NCBI GenBank assembly: GCA_038087875.1
Contig: JAXLNO010000079.1
Span: 186,001 to 250,000 of the forward strand
Origin: Malacoraja senta
Taxonomy: Eukaryota
Direction of reading: 5' to 3'
DNA length: 64,000 bases
The position numbers and the translations under genes are program-made. The notes beneath the pieces were generated by a model that saw only the letters and a program-made list of their open reading frames with translations, ran no database searches and was not told where the DNA came from. Below are positions 34,683 through 46,457 of this stretch, one piece after another; within the stretch, counting starts at the first letter, position 1; each line of letters opens with the position of its first letter.

Positions 34683-37628
34683 TTGGGGGGAGGGACTCAA
34701 ATAGAGAAAGCTAGTGGAAAATGTGGGAGGCAGGAGGCAGAGAAGGGAAGCACTCGGACCCAAAATGTAGGGGAGAAAGAAGAAAAAGATAATAAACAGA
34801 GAATAAGTGGTGGTGGGTTTCTTAAATGTGTATATTTTAATGCTAGGAGCATTGTAAGAAAGGTGGATGAGCTTAGAGCCTGGATTGACACCTGGAAGTA
34901 TGATGTTGTGGCGATCAGTGAAACATGGTTGCAGGAGGGCTGTGATTGGCAAATAAATATTCCAGGATTTCGTTGCTTCAGGGGTGATAGAATTGGAGGG
35001 GCAAGAGGTGGGGGTGTTGCATTGCTAGTCAAGGAAGATATTACAGCAGTGCTTTGGCAGGATAGATTAGAGGGCTCGTTTAGGGAGGCTATTTGGATGG
35101 AACTGAGAAATGGGAAAGGTGTAGCAACACTTATACAGGTGTATTATAGACCGCCAAATGGGGAGCGAGAATTGGAAGAGCAAATATGTAAGGAGATAGC
35201 AGATATTAGTAGTAAGCACAAGGTAGTGATTGTGGGAGATTTCAATTTTCCACACATAGACTGGGAAACACAGTCTGTAAAAGGGCTGGATGGTTTGGAG
35301 TTTGTAAAATGTGTGCAAGATAGTTTTTTGCAGCAATACATAGAGGTACCTACTAGAGAAGGGGCAGTGCTGGACCTCCTGTTAGGAAATGAGACAGGGC
35401 AAGTGACGGAGGTATGCGTCGGGGAGCACTTCGGGTCCAGTGATCACAATACCATTAGTTTCAATATAATTATGGAGAGGGTCAGAACTGGACCTAGGGT
35501 TGAGATTTTTGTTTGGAGAAAGGCTAACTTTGAGGAGATGCGAAAGGATTTAAAAGGAGTGAATTGGGACATGTTGTTTTATGGGAAGGATGTAGAAGAA
35601 AAATGGAGGACATTTAAGGGTGAAATTTTAAGAGTACAGAATCTTTATGTCCCTGTTCGGTTGAAAGGAAATAGTAAAAAATGGAAAGAGCCATGGTTTT
35701 CAAGTGAAATTGGACACTTGGTTCGGAAAAAGAGAGAGATCTACAATAATTATAGGCAGCATGGAGTAAATGAGGTGCTTGAGGAGTATAAAGAATGTAA
35801 AAAGAATATTAAGAAAGAAATTAGAAAAGCTAAAAGAAGATATGAGGTTGCTTTGGCAAGTAAGGTGAAAGTAAATCCAAAGGGTTTCTACAGCTATATT
35901 AATAGCAAAAGAATAACAAGGAATAAAATCGGTCCATTAGAGAGTCAGAGTGGACAGCTATCTGCAGAGCCAAAAGAGATGGGGGAGATATTGAACAATT
36001 TCTTTTCTTCGGTATTCACGAAGGAGAAGGATATGGAATTATGTGAGGTAAGGGAAACGAGCAGAGTAGCAATGGAAACTGTGAGATTCAAAGAAGAGGA
36101 GGTGCGGACACTTTTGAAAAATATGAAAACGGATAAGTCTCCAGGTCCTGACAGGATATTCCCTAGGACATTGAGGGAAGTTAGTGTAGAAATAGCAGGG
36201 GCTATGACAGAAATATTTCAAATGTCATTAGAAACGGGAATAGTGCCGGAGGATTGGCGTACTGCGCATGTTGTTCCGTTGTTTAAAAAGGGTTCGAAGA
36301 GTAAACCTAGCAATTATAGACCTGTTAGTTTGACGTCAGTGGTGGGCAAATTAATGGAAAGGATACTTAAAGATAATATATATAAGCATCTGGATAAGCA
36401 GGGTCTGATTAGGAACAGTCAACATGGATTTGTGCCTGGAAGGTCATGCTTGACTAATCTTCTTGAATTTTTCGAAGAGGTTACTAGGGAAATTGATGAG
36501 GGTAAAGCAGTGGATGTTGTCTATATGGACTTCAGTAAGGCCTTTGACAAGGTTCCTCATGGAAGGTTGGTTAAGAAGATTCAATTGTTGGGTATTAATG
36601 GTGGAGTAGCAAGATGGATTCAACAGTGGCTGAATGGGAGATGCCAGAGAGTAATGGTGGATGGCTGTTTGTCAGGTTGGAGGCCGGTGACTAGTGGGGT
36701 GCCTCAGGGGTCTGTGTTGGGTCCACTGTTGTTTGTCATGTACATCAATGATCTGGATGAAGGTGTGGAAAATTGGATTAGTAAGTATGCAGATGATACT
36801 AAGATAGGTGGTGTTGTGGATAATGAAGTAGATTTTCAAAGTCTACAGAGAGATTTAGGCCATTTGGAAGAGTGGGCTGAAAGATGGCAGATGGAGTTTA
36901 ATGCTGACAAATGTGAAGTGCTACATCTCGGCAGGACAAATCAAAATAGGACGTACACGGTAAATGGTAGCGAATTGAGGAATGCAGTTGAACAGAGGGA
37001 TCTAGGAATAACTGTGCATAGTTCCCTGAAGGTGGAATCTCATGTAGATAGGGTGGTAAAGAAAGCTTTTGGTGTGCTGGCCTTTATAAATCAGAGCATT
37101 GAGTATAGAAGTTGGGATGTAATGTTAAAATTGTACAAGGCATTGGTGAGGCCAATTCTGGAGTATGGAGTACAATTTTGGTCGCCTAATTATAGGAAGG
37201 ATGTCAACAAAATAGAGAGAGTACAGAGGAGATTTACTAGAATGTTGCCTGGGTTTCAGCAACTAAGTTACAGAGAAAGGTTGAACGAGTTAGGTCTTTA
37301 TTCTTTGGAGCGCAGAAGGTTAAGAGGGGACTTGATAGAGGTCTTTAAAATTATGAGCGGGTTAGACAGAGTGGACGTGGATAAGCTTTTCCCATTGAGA
37401 GTAGGGAAGATTCAAACAAGGGGACATGACTTGAGAATTAAGGGACAGAAGTTTAGGGGGAACATTAGGGGGAACTTCTTTACTCAGAGAGTGGTAGCTG
37501 TGTGGAATGAGCTTCCAGTGGAAGTGGTGGAGGCAGGTTCGATGTTATCCTTTAAAAATAGATTGGATGGGTATATGGACGGGAAAGGAATGGAGGGTTA
37601 TGGTCTGAGTGCAGGTAGATGGGACTAG
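34683..37628 (+). CDS. CR1 ORF2, APE endonuclease + reverse transcriptase
   Basis: 981 open codons; [27 protein letters not shown]. No in-frame ATG before the endonuclease start. Confidence 0.95.
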   Translation: MGGGTQIEKASGKCGRQEAEKGSTRTQNVGEKEEKDNKQRISGGGFLKCVYFNARSIVRKVDELRAWIDTWKYDVVAISETWLQEGCDWQINIPGFRCFRGDRIGGARGGGVALLVKEDITAVLWQDRLEGSFREAIWMELRNGKGVATLIQVYYRPPNGERELEEQICKEIADISSKHKVVIVGDFNFPHIDWETQSVKGLDGLEFVKCVQDSFLQQYIEVPTREGAVLDLLLGNETGQVTEVCVGEHFGSSDHNTISFNIIMERVRTGPRVEIFVWRKANFEEMRKDLKGVNWDMLFYGKDVEEKWRTFKGEILRVQNLYVPVRLKGNSKKWKEPWFSSEIGHLVRKKREIYNNYRQHGVNEVLEEYKECKKNIKKEIRKAKRRYEVALASKVKVNPKGFYSYINSKRITRNKIGPLESQSGQLSAEPKEMGEILNNFFSSVFTKEKDMELCEVRETSRVAMETVRFKEEEVRTLLKNMKTDKSPGPDRIFPRTLREVSVEIAGAMTEIFQMSLETGIVPEDWRTAHVVPLFKKGSKSKPSNYRPVSLTSVVGKLMERILKDNIYKHLDKQGLIRNSQHGFVPGRSCLTNLLEFFEEVTREIDEGKAVDVVYMDFSKAFDKVPHGRLVKKIQLLGINGGVARWIQQWLNGRCQRVMVDGCLSGWRPVTSGVPQGSVLGPLLFVMYINDLDEGVENWISKYADDTKIGGVVDNEVDFQSLQRDLGHLEEWAERWQMEFNADKCEVLHLGRTNQNRTYTVNGSELRNAVEQRDLGITVHSSLKVESHVDRVVKKAFGVLAFINQSIEYRSWDVMLKLYKALVRPILEYGVQFWSPNYRKDVNKIERVQRRFTRMLPGFQQLSYRERLNELGLYSLERRRLRGDLIEVFKIMSGLDRVDVDKLFPLRVGKIQTRGHDLRIKGQKFRGNIRGNFFTQRVVAVWNELPVEVVEAGSMLSFKNRLDGYMDGKGMEGYGLSAGRWD

Positions 37629-38424
37629 GGGGAAGTATTTTATTTTTAATTAAAAAAAAAAAAAAAAAAAATTTAAATGTTCGGCACGGACTTGAAGGGC
37701 CGAGATGGCCTGTTTCCGTGCTGTTATGGTTATATATGGTTATATCCTGGGGATGATTGGGTTAACATAAGAGCATTTGAAGGCTCTGAGCCTGTCCGTG
37801 CTGAAGTTTAGAATTATGATGGGAGGATCTCATTGAAACCTATTGAATAATGAAAGGCCTAGATGGAGCGGATGTGGCGAGGATGTTTCCAGTAGTGGGA
37901 GAGTCTAGGAGCAGAGGCCACAGCCTCAGAATAAAAGGATGTCCCTTTAGAATGGAGATGAGGAGGAATTTCTTCAGCCAGAGGGTGAATCTGTGGAATT
38001 CATTGCCACAGATAGCAGTGGAGGCCAATCAAGATCGATAGATTCTTGATTGGAAAGGGCATCAAAGGTTATGGGGAGAAGGCAGGAGAATGGGGTTGAA
38101 TCGGAAAAAAATATATCAGCTATGACTGAGTGGTGGAGCAGACTCGATGGGCCGAATGGCCTAATTCTGCTCCCATGTCTAATAATCTTATTTAATGTCT
38201 TGAGGACAACTTTTTTTCCTGTACAAAAACAAAAGGCCTACAAGAGGAGTCGCAATCAATCATAGCAAGTGATCAATAATAACGAGAGAGAGAAAAACTT
38301 TATCATGGACCTGACATTGAGATTGACAGTGAAATAGAAATAAAATACTTAACAAAATGGAAGATTGTTGCAGTTGTACATTTCATACTTAAAATATGAT
38401 TGCTATGGTGGAAAGCTGGTTGCT

Positions 38425-39307
38425 CGGTGGGCGGCGCGACTCTCGTCAGCAGCGGCCTCTGCAGTCCGTCTGTCTTTTTATTATTTTTGTCTCGTTTTTG
38501 TGTAGTTTTTATTATTTTTTTGTCGGGGTATGTGTGTGGGGGGGTGGGGGTGGGGGTGGGGGTGGGGGTGGGGGTGGGGGGGGAACTTTGAAATCTTTCC
38601 CCTGCACGGGAGACCCGACCTTTTCTTTGTCGGGTCTCCGTTGTCGTTGGGGCTGGGCAACGTGGAGCGGCCTCCAGCAGGAGCGACCTGGGGCTCCAGT
38701 TGTGGAGCTGCGGACTACTCACCGTCACGGGGCTGGCCGAGTCCGGAGCGGGTGGAGCTGTGGTGGAGCGCTGCTGCAACCCGACCGCCGGAGATTCGGA
38801 GGCTACAACCGTGGGTCTGGCGGACGGCAACACTGGAAGCCCGCGGGTCCCCTGGTGGGAGACCGCTTTTCGGGGCTTCCGCAGCGGCGACTTCTCCCGC
38901 CCGAGTTGCGGGGTTGAAGAGCACCTGGAGCGGGGCTTTATCCCCCCGCGCAGCTTGGAATGGCCGCCGGACTTTGCGGGCGCGCGCCGGGGCTCTAACA
39001 CCAAGACCCGGTGCGCGACCTTGCATCACCCGGCGTGGCTTTAATGGCCGCGGGATAATCACCATCGCCAGCCGGGGGCTTTGACTTTGACTCTGACATC
39101 GGGGGGGGGAGTGCAGTGGAGAGATAAGTTTTTTTTTGCCTTCCATCACAGCGCTGTGATGGATGTATGTGTAAATTGTGTTGTGTCTCGGGTCTTCTTC
39201 GTTTTGTATTGTATGGCTGCAGAAACGACATTTCGTTTGGACCTCAAGGGGTCCAAATGACAAATTTGTCCAAAAGACAAATAAAATTGAATTGAATTGA
39301 ATTGAAT
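38425..39307 (+). mobile_element. GC-rich non-autonomous retroposon with Rex1-like tail (copy B)
   Basis: Near-identical to 1256-2114 (inverted). Confidence 0.8.
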
Positions 39308-39331
39308 TAATTGAAGCACTGTTCTTTGCAG

Positions 39332-39631
39332 GGCAAACCACGAGCAGCGGCATTCAAGTCCTCCCCAACTCCTACTGGTATGAAATTCTCTATGGCACCG
39401 TGATTCTCATCATCTGCCTCCTTGTCTGCTTGGTTGGAGCTGACATCTACGCCAAAGCCACCTTCATAATTTTTATCATCGTTATTGTGGTCATCAGCAC
39501 AATATTTATCAGCTTTTTTGTAGTATCACCAAAATCTATTAATATTACAGTGACATCAGGGAATAATACGGAATTTCGAGACGGCCTATTTACTGGATTT
39601 AACCTGTCAACCCTAAAGAGCAATCTTCCAT
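39332..39631 (+). CDS. slc12a9: SLC12A9 coding exon 4
   Basis: GIQVLPNSYWYEILYG..VGADIYAKATF..FTGFNLSTLKSNL; TTTGCAG acceptor, GTAAGT donor; 300 nt. Confidence 0.95.
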
Positions 39632-40782
39632 GTAAGTCGATCTGACAATTACCCACAATGTACATTCATAAAATATCTACAAGACATTGTTGAGAGGATC
39701 TCTGGATAGAAGGAATAGGTGAAGTTTCAGGTTGAGACACTTCTTCAGACTGAGATAACTGAGAGTTAGGGGAGAAGGCAGGAGAATGGGGTTAGGAGGA
39801 AAGATAGATCAGCCATGATAAATGGCAGAGTAGACTTGATGGGCCGAGTGGCCTAATTCTACTATCATTATGACCCGAAACATCACCCATTCCTTCCATC
39901 CAGAGATGCTGCCTGTCCCAATAAATTACTCCAGCATTTTGTGCCTATCTTTGGTGTAAACCAGCATCTGCAGTTCTTTCCTACACAACGTTGAGAGGAT
40001 ATTTGATAAACAAATATTAATGACTACTTAATTGCATTGAATCCATTTATTGATATTATTAATTTTTAAATTGATCATTTAATAATCCATTGCTACAGCA
40101 ACATTTTAATGAAGATAATTAATTCTCATTCAGGAAAGTTGGGGGTACAAGCTCATTGTCATTTGCTGTTACCCTGATGTTTTTGTTCTTGCTCAGTCAT
40201 GACACCACTTCCATGCAGTCGGGTCAATATCACAAGGAAATGTTACTCTGTGGGGAAAGATTGCAGGAGATGGAATGCCAAGACAGACGATTCTTGTTCC
40301 ACATACCCCAAACTCCAATTCATCTTCATGTGATAGGAGCAGAATTAGACCATTTGGCCCATCAAGTCTACTCCGCCATTCAATCATGGCTGATCTATCT
40401 TTCCCTCCTAACCCCATTCTCCTGTCTTCTCCCCATGACCCCTGACACCCTTACTAATGAAGAGTCTTAACTAGCTCTGCCTTAAAAATATCCATTGATT
40501 TGGCCTCCACAGCCTTCCGAGGCATGAATTCCACAGATTCACCACCTTCTGACCAAAGATGTTCCTCCTCATCTCCTTCCTAAATGAATGTCCTTTTATT
40601 CTGAGGCTGTGACGTCTGGTCCTAGACCCTCCCACTAATGGAAACATCCTCTCCACATCCACTCTATCCAGGTCTTTCACTATTCAGTACGACCCCCTCA
40701 TTGCTTTAAAGAGTTTATTTTCACACTATATCAACATTTTTTTAAACTGACTAGTTTTGTGTTTGTTTGTTTCTCTTTGCAG

Positions 40783-40890
40783 CTAAGTATGTTGCCGACT
40801 ACACGACTGGCGTGGTGATGGATTTTGCTGCTGTTTTTGCCGTTATGTTCAATGGGTGTACTGGTATTATGGCTGGATCCAATATGTCAG
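40783..40890 (+). CDS. slc12a9: SLC12A9 coding exon 5
   Basis: [34 protein letters not shown]; canonical splice sites. Confidence 0.95.
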
Positions 40891-41012
40891 GTAAACTCAA
40901 CAACAAATATCTGATGGATAAACCGCATCCATAATGTTAATGGTAATCCAATCATTGCCTTTGATTTCTGTTACGAGATAATATGCACATGCTTGTTACT
41001 GCTGCTTGCACT

Positions 41013-41327
41013 ATAGACAACAGGTGCAGGAGTAGGCCATTTGGCCCTTCGAGCCAGCACCGCCATTCAATGTGGTCATGGCTGATCATCCACAATCAGT
41101 ACCCCATTCCTGCCTTCTCCCCATATCCCCTGACTCCGCTATCTTTAAGAGCCCTATCTAGCTCTCTCTTGAAAGTATCCAGAGAACCGGCCTCCACCGC
41201 CCTCTGAGGCAGAGAATTCCACAGACTCACAACTCTGTGAGAAAAAGTGTTTCCTCGTCTCCGTTCTAAATGACTTACTCCTTATTCTTAAACTGTGGCC
41301 CCTGGTTCTGGACTCCCCCCAACATCG
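41013..41327 (-). mobile_element. CR1 3' end fragment
   Basis: Near-identical to 6440-6755. Confidence 0.85.
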
Positions 41328-41583
41328 CCCACTGATGCATGCATTATGATATCAGCGAGATTTATGACATGATAGATTAACGATCAGTGTGTGTTTATTG
41401 GTATTAACACTGTAATCAACAAATTGCCACATCTGTTGATAAATTATATTGTTTAATACAGTTTAGTTCAAATTATATTGGTTGTAAAAATCATTTTGTT
41501 GATGCATCTTGCAAGATTCAATGAAGTTTAGGTTGCAAAAAGTTAAATAAAATCACGAATCCTTGCCTTGCTATCGTTACCAG

Positions 41584-41695
41584 GTGATTTAAAGAACCCC
41601 AGCTATTCGATTCCCAGAGGCACTATAACAGCTGTAATTTTTACATACATCGTATACAATATTTTATCTCTCATGATCAGCTGCACATGTGACAG
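41584..41695 (+). CDS. slc12a9: SLC12A9 coding exon 6
   Basis: GDLKNPSYSIPRGTITAVIFTYIVYNILSLMISCTCD(R); donor AG|GTGAGT, phase 2. Confidence 0.95.
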
Positions 41696-41720
41696 GTGAG
41701 TCTATCTTCCTTGTGTCCCA

Positions 41721-41905
41721 GGTACACAAAAATGCTGGAGAAACTCAGTGGGTGCAGCAGCATCTATGGAGCGAAGGAAATAGGCAGGGTTTCGGCCCGA
41801 AACGTTGCCTATTTCCTTCGCTCCATAGATGCTGCTGCACCCGCTGAGTTTCTCCAGCATTTTTGTGTACCTTCGATTTTCCAGCATCTGCAGTTCCTTC
41901 TTTAA
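41721..41905. mobile_element. Palindromic Penelope-derived insertion with 14-bp TSD
   Basis: 66-bp inverted arms at 41721-41786 and 41806-41871; TTCCTTGTGTCCCA at 41707-41720 and 41906-41919. Confidence 0.85.
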
Positions 41906-42310
41906 TTCCTTGTGTCCCATCTTGGCAACTGGACAACTCCATCTGGTCACTTCCGCTTATTGTATGATTACAAAAGGAACTTGTTGATCATGTGCTCATT
42001 TCAGTTCTGCTTCTCTGCATTTAGAAGTTGCATTAATTGCACTTTTCAATGCAATGCTTGCTTTCAGTGATATATAAATTAACGTCGGGCATGTGAATTA
42101 CTATTTCATTTTCACTGTGTTAATTCCCTCGGAGTCTAGTTGAAATTATTCCTCAGCAACAATCTCACATTAGATTTAAAAACAAAAATATTTCTCAACA
42201 AAAGAGTAAAGAAATGTGTTATGAATACAAATTGCCAATTGATAAATACTTGTGTTACAGATAACATAACATGTTCTCACAAACACTTTGTGTTATTGGT
42301 GATGCTATTA

Positions 42311-42945
42311 CATAGAAACATAGAAAATAGGTGCAGGAGTAGGCCATTCGGCCCTTAGAGCCTGCACCGCCATTCAACATGATCATGGCTGATCATCCAA
42401 CTCAGTATCCTGCACCTGCTTTCTCTCCATACCCCCTGATCCCTTTAGCCACAAGGGCCACATCTAACTCCCTCTTAAATATAGCCAATGAACTGGTCTC
42501 AACTACATTCTGTGGCAGAGAATTCCAGAGATTCATCACTCTCTGTGTAAAAAATGTTTTTCTCATCTCAGTCCTAAAAGATTTCCCCTTTATCCTTAAA
42601 CTGTGACCCCTTGTTCTGGACTTCCCCAACATCGGGAACCATCTTCCTGCATCTAGCCTGTCCAACCCCTTAAGAATTTTGTAAGTTTCTATAAGATCCC
42701 CCCTCAATCTTCTAAATTCTAGCGAGTACAAGCCGAGTCTATCCAGTCTTTCTTCATATGAAAGTCCTGACATCCCAGGAATCAGTCTGGTGAACCTTCT
42801 CTGTACTCCCTCTATGGCAAGAATGTCTTTCCTCAGATTAGGAGACCAAAACTGTACGCAATACTCCAGGTGTGGTCTCACCAAGACCCTGTACAACTGT
42901 AGTAGAACCTCCCTGCTCCTATACTCAAATCCTTTTGCTATGAAT
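42311..42945 (-). mobile_element. CR1 3' fragment, same subfamily as 15018-17857
   Basis: ORF 42402-42980 is nearly identical to the end of 15088-16371. Confidence 0.9.
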
Positions 42946-43509
42946 GCTATGAATGCTATGATTGTAATCAGAAACTGCAATGCAAGCAGTACTAATCAAT
43001 GAGTTGTAATTAAACATCTGTGGAGCACAGGTCAAGGATGGCTTCTGTGCTCTGATCACAAAGTAATGCTGTTTTGTAACCACTAAATGGTTTTCATTGA
43101 AATTTTACTCTTCAGATGAAGTTATTTTTACTAACTGCCTGCTACAATAATTTACTTTATTAATAAGCAGTTCAGGATGCAATGTGCAAGGATCTAGTGG
43201 GAGGGGGGAACCGAAGGGAATCCACATTAGTCAGGAAATGGTGTTAGATAAACTGTTGGAACTGAAGGCAGATAGTGTGTGTGTGTGTGTGTAAAGGAGA
43301 GAAGGGAGGGAGAGGGCCGGCAGCGGGAGCAGATGCCGGGGTCTGGGCGAACGGGTGTGAACCCCTCTACTCTCTCTCCACCCCTTTCTACCCCCCTCCA
43401 CCCGGGGTAGATCTACCCGAGCCGAGAGTAGATTACTCCAAAGATCCTAGAGCTGAGCTCTACAATCTTTGGATTACTTGAGCGCGGGGCATGATTGGGA
43501 GAAATTGGT

Positions 43510-45612
43510 CCAATCGGCTTACGGCCAGCCCTGCACAGAACCATGAAATTCTTACTTGTAGCTTGGAGTCTGTAGACTGGGCAATGTTCAAGGACTCGGC
43601 AAAGGACCTGAATGAATACGCCACAGTCGTTACAGACTTCATAAGGAAATGTGTGGAGGACTGCGTTCCAACAAAAACCTTCCAAGTGTTTCCTAACCAG
43701 AAGCCTTGAATGAACCATGAGATCCGCATTCTTCTGAAGGCAAGATTCTGGGCATTCAGGTCTGGCGATGCAGAGGTCTATAAGAAGTCCAGATACAACC
43801 TTGGTAAGGCCATCAAAAAGGCCAAAAGGGACCTGCTCTAAGCTGGAGGATGAGATGGATGTTCGGCATTTGTGGCAGGGCTTGAATGCCATCACCTCCT
43901 ACAAGGCGAAATCAGGAGGCGGCTGAAACAACAGCGAAGCATCACTCCCTGACGAGCTTAATGTGTTCTACGCCCGGTTCGATAGGGGGAACACTGATGT
44001 GCCTTCCCGAGCCCCTATTTGCCCTGACGGTGTTACAGTCATAGTCACAGAGGCCGACGTCAGAAGATCCTTCAGTGGGGTGAACCCTCGGAAAGCGCCT
44101 GGACCTGATGGTATACCTGGCCGTGTTCTAAAGACCTGTGCGGACCAACTGGCTGGAGTTTTTGCAGACATTTTCAACCTCTCACTTCTGAGGTCTGAGG
44201 TTCCCACCTGCTTTAAGAGGGCATCAATAATACCAGTGCCCAAGAAGAGTAAGGTGACGTGCCTCAATGACTATCGACCAGTGGCACTAACGTCTGTGGT
44301 GTTGAAGTGCTTTGAGAGGTTGGTTATGGTGCACATCAACTCCTACCTCGACAAGAACCTCGGCCAACTACAGTTCGCTTACCGCCACAACAGGTCAACG
44401 GTAGATGCGATTTCATTGGCTCTCCACTCCGCACTGGACCACTTGGACAATAAAAACACCTACGTCAGGCTGTTGTTTATAGATTACAGCTCGGCATTTA
44501 ATACCATCATCCCTTCCAAGCTGGTTACCAAGCTTGCGGAACTGGGCCTCTGCGCATCCCTCTGCAATTGGATCCTCGACTTCCTCATCCACAGACCACA
44601 ATCTGTTCGAATTGGAGGAAACACTTCATCCTCAGTACCAACTGGAACGGGAGCACTTCAAGGCTGCGTGCTCAGTCCCCTGCTATTCTCACTCTATACC
44701 CATGACTGCGTACCCGGTCAGAGTGCGAACTCCATCATCAAGTTCTCCGATGACCCCACTGTGGTTGGAAGAATCACAGATGGGGATGAGTCAGAGTATA
44801 GAAGTGAGATCGACCGACTGACCAAATGGTGCCAGCACAACATCAGTAAGACCAAGGAACTGATTCTGGACTTTAGTAGGGGAAGAATGAGGACCCACAA
44901 TCCTGTTCACATTAATGGGACGATGGTGGAGTGGGTCAATAACTTTAAATTCCTGGGCGTGCATATATCAGAAGATCTTTCCTGGACCCAGCACACCAAT
45001 GTAATTGTAAAGAAGGCACATCAGCGACTCGACTTCCTGAGAAGATTCCGGCGATTCGGCATGTCGAAGAGGATTCTCCTAAACTTCTACAGGTGCACGG
45101 TAGAGAGCATTCTGACTGGTTGCATCGTGGCCTGGTTCGGCAACTTGAACGTCCAGGAGCAAAAAACACTATAAAAAGTTGTGACCACTGCCCAGTCCAT
45201 CACCGGCTTTGACCTCCCCACCGTCGAAGGGATCTATCATAGTCACTGCCTCAAAAAGGCAGCCAAAATCATCAAGGACCCACACCATCCTGGCCACACA
45301 CTTATCTCACCACTGCCATCAGGAAGAAGGTACAGGACCCTGAAGACTTGTAACGTCCAGGTTCAGGAACAGCTGCTTCCCCACAGCCATCAGGCTATTA
45401 CACACAATGAATAAGCTCTGAGCTCTGAACTGCAAAAGACTATTATTATTTGTTATCTGCACTATATTTGTTATTTATTGAACTTTTTCTTTTTTCCCCC
45501 CGTTATATACAATGTTTAAATATTCACATATTCTGTTGTGCTGCAGCAAGTAAGAATTTCATTGTCCCGTCCGGGACATATGACAATAAAACACTCTTGA
45601 CTTGACTCTTGA
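43510..45612 (+). mobile_element. Rex1/Babar LINE, 5'-truncated, degenerate
   Basis: FPNQKP(W), [37 protein letters not shown]; stem-loop, AATAAA and (CTTGA)n tail. Confidence 0.9.
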
Positions 45613-46457
45613 GGTTAGGACCAGCATTTCCTGGTCAGTTTTGCACAGAGCAGCAGCAAGTGGCTTAGGACCAGCATTTCCTGGTCAGTGTTGCACAGTG
45701 CGGCAGCAAGTAGCAGAGGCAGTTGGAGCCAGATCCTGCGACTTTCACGGTTGCATCAATCCCAGTGAGCAAATTAATAGATGTAATATTGAATGATTTT
45801 GCATTATATGACTTAATACATTAGTCTTTTAATGAAACTGAATTGAAAAGCATTCTTTAAGGTGAATTCATTTAAAGTATGTGACAAATATCATGTCATT
45901 TTAGCCAAGCTTGTGCCCATTAGTGAAGAAATGTTACTCTGACCACGCATTAGTCATTCTTGCACAATGCAGTCAGATCGTTATGCTCTCTTAAAAGAAA
46001 GCATTTAACCTCCTGTGCTTTTATACACCACCTTTCAGTGCAATTACATTCTGCTGTAGAATTGCAGCATTCTCCAATTGATGAATGTATTTTATGTTTT
46101 TATCTAGTCTAACGCGCTTATGTAGGTCACCTTCACTTGATCAGTGATAAATTCACAGCAGTAAATCAATTATTGCTCCGCTTACTGAATTAATGCAAAA
46201 ATGGAAATAGAGGAAGAACTTGGCCATTCAAAAGGCATCTGTGAGACGGGCGATGTTTTGGGCTTCATTGACCTGAGATGTTAACTGTTTTCCTTTCTAC
46301 AGATGCTGCTTGACTGGGTGCGTTCTTCCAGCATTTCCACTTTTGTGTCAGATTCCAACACCTGCCTTCTAATTTGCTTTCCATTATTGATTAGATAGTA
46401 GGTTTTAACTAAAGATAATGGAATGTTATTATGGAGGGCAAATAAATGAGCCACGAA

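Larger units (their letters stand above)
34157..37743 (+). mobile_element. Young CR1 LINE with open ORF2, inserted in an older CR1 remnant
   Basis: ATCCT duplicated at 34152-34156 and 37744-37748; host CR1 frame continues across the insertion. Confidence 0.95.

Noticed and set aside
38425..38475. HDV-like fold at the 5' end of the Rex1-tailed element
   Set aside because: P1 would be mostly G.U pairs, and there is no J4/2 or P2 partner.
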